Shown here one piece after another: positions 57,062 through 64,000 of a DNA stretch of 64,000 nucleotides. The notes beneath the pieces were generated by a model. The model did not search any database and had not been told where the DNA came from. It saw nothing but the letters and a program-made list of their open reading frames with translations. The stretch comes from Octopus vulgaris (lineage: Eukaryota). A program made the position numbers and the translations under genes. The stretch's first letter is position 1. The number at the start of each line of letters is the position of its first letter. Where the stretch lies: positions 20,212,001 to 20,276,000 of the forward strand of contig OX597837.1 of NCBI GenBank assembly GCA_951406725.2, given 5' to 3'.

Positions 57062-57124
57062 GTTATCGTTATCGTTATTATTATTAGTAGTCGTATTAAT
57101 AATAATAATAATTATAATAATTAA

Positions 57125-57530
57125 GTGACAGATATGATTGAATGTCTGTCACTTTGAGGTTTCCTGGTATCTGAGCTAGGTAGGAATGCTCAGTTTTTGG
57201 TAGGTCTTGACAGATACATTTATGTCGATTGGGACAGTCATATCAATGAGGAGGCATGCTTTTTGCCTGAAGTCTTTCAATATAATGTCTGGCCTATTCG
57301 CATCTATCTTTCTGTCAGTTTGAATGGTGAAGTTCCAGAGGAGTGAGATGTGGTCATTTTCAAGCACTGGAGGTGGTTTGTGTTCCCACCAGTTTTTTTC
57401 ATGGGGCAAATCCAGGTTTTTGAAAATTACCCAGTGAATATATTGTGCAGCTCTATCATGCCTGTTGAGATACTCTGTAGGCGCTAGAAGACTGCACTTG
57501 GAGACAACATGAACAATGGTTCCATTTTGT
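57125..57530 (-). mobile_element. Second R4/Dong-clade fragment
   Basis: WWEHKPPPVLEND...LLWNFTIQTDRKIDANRPDIIL...LIDMTVP. Confidence 0.85.
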
Positions 57531-57534
57531 TATC

Positions 57535-57596
<62 letters not shown>

Positions 57597-57605
57597 TCAA
57601 TTATT

Positions 57606-57945
57606 GAAGAGGCGGATCAGAGTGAAGAGGGAGGTGCACACTTGTAGTAAATTTAAGAATTTGCTAGAAGGGTGGATGAAAGTGGCAACCATGGTGCGCT
57701 TCTGAGTGGAGTAAAAGAGAGAGGAAACACTTACTTCAGTGGTCAGAGAAACCGTGATTTTCTATGGGGTCTGCACGCTTTTCCCTTGGAATTCTCCCTT
57801 TATTATTGGGGAATTGTAATTGTTTAACTTTAGTGTTCAATTTTGTTATTGTTTTATGTTTACGCGGTAAACCCTTCCGTCTAAAACCTTTGTATTTGCG
57901 TCCCTGTGTGTTCTCTGAGGCCCACGTGGCCAATAAAGGAAACAT
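57606..57945 (+). mobile_element. Short Tx1-clade 3' end
   Basis: KRRIRVKREV..CSKF..EGW. The 3' end gtggccaataaa plus att repeats is shared with 56174-56185. Confidence 0.7.
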
Positions 57946-58020
57946 TATTATTCATTTATATGTGTTTGAAATAAATATTTACTTCTACATATTCATTCAT
58001 GCATGTGTGTGTGTGTGTGT

Positions 58021-58074
<54 letters not shown>

Positions 58075-58243
58075 ATGTGTATCTGAATTTCTATGTTCAT
58101 ATATTCACACGTGTGCGTGTTCGTAGAAAGATATTTATGTAATTGCATCTCTGTTCGCATAATACCTACTTTTATTCAGGCGCTTAATACATACCAACGT
58201 TCATAAGTGCAAACTGATAATTATATAATAACCATGAACGTCA

Positions 58244-58277
<34 letters not shown>

Positions 58278-58596
58278 GTGTACGTGTGGTGGGGGTATCA
58301 ATTTGTGTAGAATTATGAATGTGTGTATGTGTACGCATTTTTCATTGCATTTTATCTCCTCTCAGGATCTTCTGTTTAACCAGCAAATTATTTGAATAAT
58401 ATGCATTTTCACGTGATCCTCCTATTTATATTTTTATTCGAATATTCTGAAGTAGAGACTAGCTCATTACCTATAAAGCTGTATCGTGTGAAATCACTTT
58501 CGTAAGTGCTATACACGAAGCTCTCAGCTCTTCAGTTACTGTTGTAATGTAACTTACCACCGATTAAAAGATATTTACACGCACATTTATACATGC

Positions 58597-58788
58597 ATTC
58601 ACAAAAAAAAAAAAAAAAAGACAAAAACAGGTGGTGTAGACAACAAACAGATGTACTAGTATAACGCTCGGGAAGTGAAAAAGTCTTTAACGTTTCGAGC
58701 CTACGCTCTTCTACAGAAAGGAAAACAGAAACAAACAAGGAGAGAAAATAAAGGATGTGTTGTGGCTAGCGATCTATCATGGCAAATC
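58597..58788 (-). mobile_element. Hammerhead-like pLTR-type repeat, copy 5
   Basis: Minus strand CUUU CUGUAGAA GAGC-GUAG-GCUC GAAA CG UU AAAG. Confidence 0.65.
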
Positions 58789-59210
58789 ATATATATATAT
58801 ATAATAGATAACACACACATATATATATATATAAACAACCATCTATCCACCCATACGTACATACACGCATACATACATAGAAACACTCATTTATATACGC
58901 ATGCATGCATCCTTCTATCCATTATACATACATATATACATACATGCGTACATGCATGCATACATACATATATACATATATACATACATACATACATACA
59001 TACATACATACATACATACATACATACATAAATATATACATACATATATACATATATACATACATACATACATACATACATACATACATACATACATACA
59101 TACATACATACATACGACCTTTCTAAGGCTTGCGAGGTTTCTTCATACGAGGAATTTTCCTTCCACCCGTCCAGAAGGTATATTGCATCAACAGCAGCAG
59201 CAGCAGCAAC

Positions 59211-59264
<54 letters not shown>

Positions 59265-59265
59265 T

Positions 59266-59310
<45 letters not shown>

Positions 59311-59935
59311 AGTGTTGTGGTCGCGGCAGCCGTGGTGATGGTAGTGGTGGTGGCGGTAGTGATGATGGTGACGATGGTGGTTGTGATGATGTTGTTGCTA
59401 ACGGTGATGGTGGTGGTGGTGGTGGTGGTGGTGGTGGTCATTGTGATGGTTCTGGTGGTGAGGGTTGACATAGTGGCTTGTGGCGGTGATGGTGGCAGTG
59501 GTTTGCAACAGCAAACAGTATGAGATAGAAGGCATTGGCTTAGAAATGACCAAAAGCGGCATAAATGGGAACTAATGAACCCCAGCTTTTTATTTTCCGA
59601 TTCTCTCTCTTTTTTTTTCCTTTCTTTTTCTCCTTCTTTTCTTGACTGAAGAAGAAAAATGAAAGAAATTTAAGAAAAATAAAATGGAGGAAGAACAAAT
59701 GTAAAAGAAACGCAAAGAAAACGAAAGAGGGAAAACATTAACATTTGCTGATTTTACCATTTTGAAGGAGCAATGCCAAAAAAGCTGTACAATACGAAGA
59801 GATTGTGATTGTGGATATGTGTAGATATGCGTGTAAGTGGGGGGTGAGGTGTGTGTGTGTGCGTGTGTGTGCGTGTGTGTGCTCATGCAAGTGTACATAT
59901 ACGCGTATTTACGTGTGAATGCGTATGCATATATG

Positions 59936-59966
<31 letters not shown>

Positions 59967-60035
59967 ATGTATATATGTATACATATATATATATGCGCTT
60001 TTATGCGGGTATATGTGCGTGTGTATACATGTACG

Positions 60036-60098
<63 letters not shown>

Positions 60099-60199
60099 CA
60101 ATGTATGTGTATCTACATATGTGTGTGCGTATATATATGCGCTTTTATGTTTGTGTATATGCGTGTTTATATTTGCATGTATGTATGTATTTGTATATG

Positions 60200-60295
<96 letters not shown>

Positions 60296-60687
60296 TGTGT
60301 GCGTGTTTGTGTGCGCGTGGTTGCGTATGCATGTGCACATATGTATATATATATGCCTTCATGGATGCATGTGCGTCTATGTGTGCGTGAGTGTGTGTAT
60401 ATATATATATATATGCGAATATGTGTGGGTGTGCGTGTATAAGCGTATGCATGCATGTGTGTTTGTGTGGCTGCGTATGTGCACGACCATCTTAACAATT
60501 GGAAACAATGTGGCACAGAGTAAAGAAAAACTGGGGATAATACTTGAAAAACACTGACGTAAATGTAAATACTGCCTCTTACATGTACACACATAAAACA
60601 CATACATATACATACGCATATATGTACACAAAGAATTTACATGCATGTATACATATGTATAGACATATCATATACATATATATGCAT

Positions 60688-60779
<92 letters not shown>

Positions 60780-61299
60780 GTATATATAATGAAAAGCGTC
60801 TCTAGTATTTAATATATTGATCAAGCTGAGCTCTTTTCTTCTGTGTTGATGTCCTTGCGAGATGGGGTTGCGGCGTAGGGAATAACATTGTTTTGTTCAA
60901 AACCACCCATACCGACACCATCATCATCACCATCATCATCAGAACTAGCACCAACAACACCACCGCCAACCGCTGCCATCATTGTAATTTTCATTAACTC
61001 GATTACCACAATCATCAGTCAGTATCTGGCCCCTTCCATTCACCGAATGCTGTGTCACTGGAATGATGGTCAGGTGGAGGCATGGATGGATGGATGGATG
61101 GATGGATGGATGGATGGATGGATGGATGGATGGATGGATGTATTGGTGCAAGATTTGTTGAAACAATGTATGTGTATTCCCCTTCCGGGGCTTTCCTTAC
61201 CTGCAGTTACTTTACTCGCAAGATCAAAAGGGAAGACAAAATGTTTGGATCGCAAAAGAATTCTCTCATCATCATTATCAACATCGTCATCATTGTCAG

Positions 61300-62388
61300 C
61301 ATCGTCGTCGTCGCAATCGCTGTCATCGTCGTCGTCGTCGTCGTCATCATCATCACCATCTTCATCATCACCATCATCATCATCACCATCATCATCATCC
61401 CATCTTCATCATCACCATCTTCATCATCACCATCATCATCGTCGTCCTCGTCATCATCATCACCATCTTCATCATCACCATCTTCATCATCACCATCTTC
61501 ATCATCACCATCATCATCGTCGTCGTCATCATCATCACCATCTTCATCATCCCATCTTCATCATCACCATCATCATCGTCGTCCTCGTCATCATCATTAC
61601 CATCTTCATCATCACTATCTTCACCATCATCATCGTCGTCGTCGTCATCATCATCACCATCTTCATCATCCCATCTTCATCATCCCATCTTCATCATCAC
61701 CATCTTCATCATCACCATCTTCATCATCACCATCTTCATCATCCCATCTTCATCATCACCATCTTCATCATCACCATCATCATCGTCGTCCTCGTTATCA
61801 TCATCACCATCTTCATCATCCCATCTTCATCATCACCATCATCGTCGTCGTCGTCGTCGTCATCATCACCATCTTCATCATCCCATCTTCATCATCACCA
61901 TCATCATCGTCGTCCTCGTCATCATCATCACCATCTTCATCATCACTATCTTCATCATCACCATCATCATCGTCGTCGTCGTCATCATCATCACCATCTT
62001 CATCATCCCATCTTCATCATCCCATCTTCATCATCACCATCTTCATCATCACCATCTTCATCATCACCATCTTCATCATCACCATCATCATCGTCGTCCG
62101 CGTCATCATCATCACCATCTTCATCATCACCACCATCATCATCACCATCATCATCACCATCTTCATCATCACCATCTTCATCATCACCATCATCATCGTC
62201 GTCGTCGTCATCATCATCACCATCTTCATCATCCCATCTTCATCATCCCATCTTCATCATCACCATCTTCATCATCACCATCTTCATCATCCCATCTTCA
62301 TCATCACCATCTTCATCATCACCATCTACATCATCACCATCTTCATCATCACCATCATCATCGTCGTCCTCGTCATCATCATCATCAT
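61300..62388. repeat. (CAT)n-derived higher-order minisatellite
   Basis: Recurring 15-mer caccatcttcatcat and longer cgtcgtcctcgt-containing blocks. Confidence 0.9.
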
Positions 62389-62711
62389 TGAAACTGAGGA
62401 TTTGTGTAGCTCCGTCGTTCGGTGTGCTTCATTTAAATCCATACAAATAATAATATAAAAAGATGGATTTTATCAAACGTATTCCTTCTTAACCTTTCGT
62501 ATGTTTGCTTAGTGGCATTATGTCCATCATTTCATTCTGAGTCCCAGGTCTGCCGAGGTCGACTTTGCCTGACACGCTTTCCGAGTCAATAAAAAACGCC
62601 AGGAAGCAATGGGGTTGAAATTATTGACTAGCACCCTCCCACTGGATATAATTGATTAGCCTTGTGCCTACAGATGAAAGGATTATTATTATTATTATTA
62701 TTATTATTATT

Positions 62712-62875
62712 GAGTGAGAGAGCAGTTCATGCCATCAAAGTGACACTGGGGTAAAATATACGAAGCTCAATATACCCATCATGACTACCCGTCTGATAAA
62801 GGTACACCAGGCACATGCATCACAACCACATGTGCGCGACATGGTGATCTCATATCAAGATAAACAGCACATGAC

Positions 62876-62948
<73 letters not shown>

Positions 62949-63114
62949 GAGAGAGAGAGAGCAGTGCATGCCATCAAAGTGACACTGGGGTAAAATATAC
63001 GAAGCCCAATATACCCATCATGACTACCCGTCTGATAAAGGTACACCAGGCACATGCATCACAACCACATGTGCGCGACATGGTGATCTCATATCAAGAT
63101 AAACAGCACATGAC
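62712..63114. repeat. Two near-identical ~165-bp units (62712-62875 and 62949-63114) embedded in (TTA)n
   Basis: Direct repeat visible. Each unit is flanked by (TTA)n. Confidence 0.9.
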
Positions 63115-63676
<562 letters not shown>

Positions 63677-63800
63677 AGAATCGTTAGCATGCAGGGCAAA
63701 ATGCTTTGCGGTACTTTACCCATCTTTACGTTCTGGGTTCAAATTCTCCCGAGGTCGACTTTGTCTTTTATCCTTTCGGGGTCGGTAAAATAAGTACCAG
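63677..63800 (+). mobile_element. SINE family B fragment
   Basis: agaatcgttagcatg...gggttcaaattc...gaggtcgactttg...aagtaccag. Confidence 0.75.
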
Positions 63801-64000
63801 GTGTAGTTTATGTAATTGTGTGCCTTACTTTCAAAACTGAGACGCGAAATATTGGTTCTTTTGGTGCATCAGGCATCTTCTTGATGGTGAGAGCTACGCT
63901 ACATGTGTCGACACAATACGAATTACATGCTGAAGTACATCGGAGCAAACGCTGTCCCTTGGCTTGTTTTCAAACCTATATTACGAATAACAATGCTTAT

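Noticed and set aside
60821-61015. Possible terminal host exon on the minus strand
   Set aside because: Low complexity, no recognisable domain and no supporting splice structure.

Overview
Repeat-dense eukaryotic DNA with no convincing host exon. The microsatellite load and tRNA-derived SINE families suggest an octopus/coleoid genome (inference). The window holds microsatellites, three or four SINE families, decayed mariner, Merlin-like and pogo-like DNA transposons, a Helitron Rep/PIF1 fragment, a solo LTR, and RTE, R4/Dong and Penelope remnants. The standout is a near-intact Tx1-clade LINE on the minus strand (34319-40425) with a zinc-knuckle ORF1 and an intact 1129-aa APE-RT ORF2. It is bracketed by ~207-bp direct repeats that carry a type I hammerhead ribozyme with a compensatory U3-A8 core. 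In the same element, the ORF2 start-codon region is complementary to the ORF2 stop-codon region. A related insertion made only of 5'-region sequence with snap-back inversions lies at 14432-14645. Together these suggest a ribozyme-processed, terminally redundant or circular-RNA LINE, an architecture I know from Penelope elements and retrozymes but not from Tx1/L1. All structures were folded by eye and no database searches were run.
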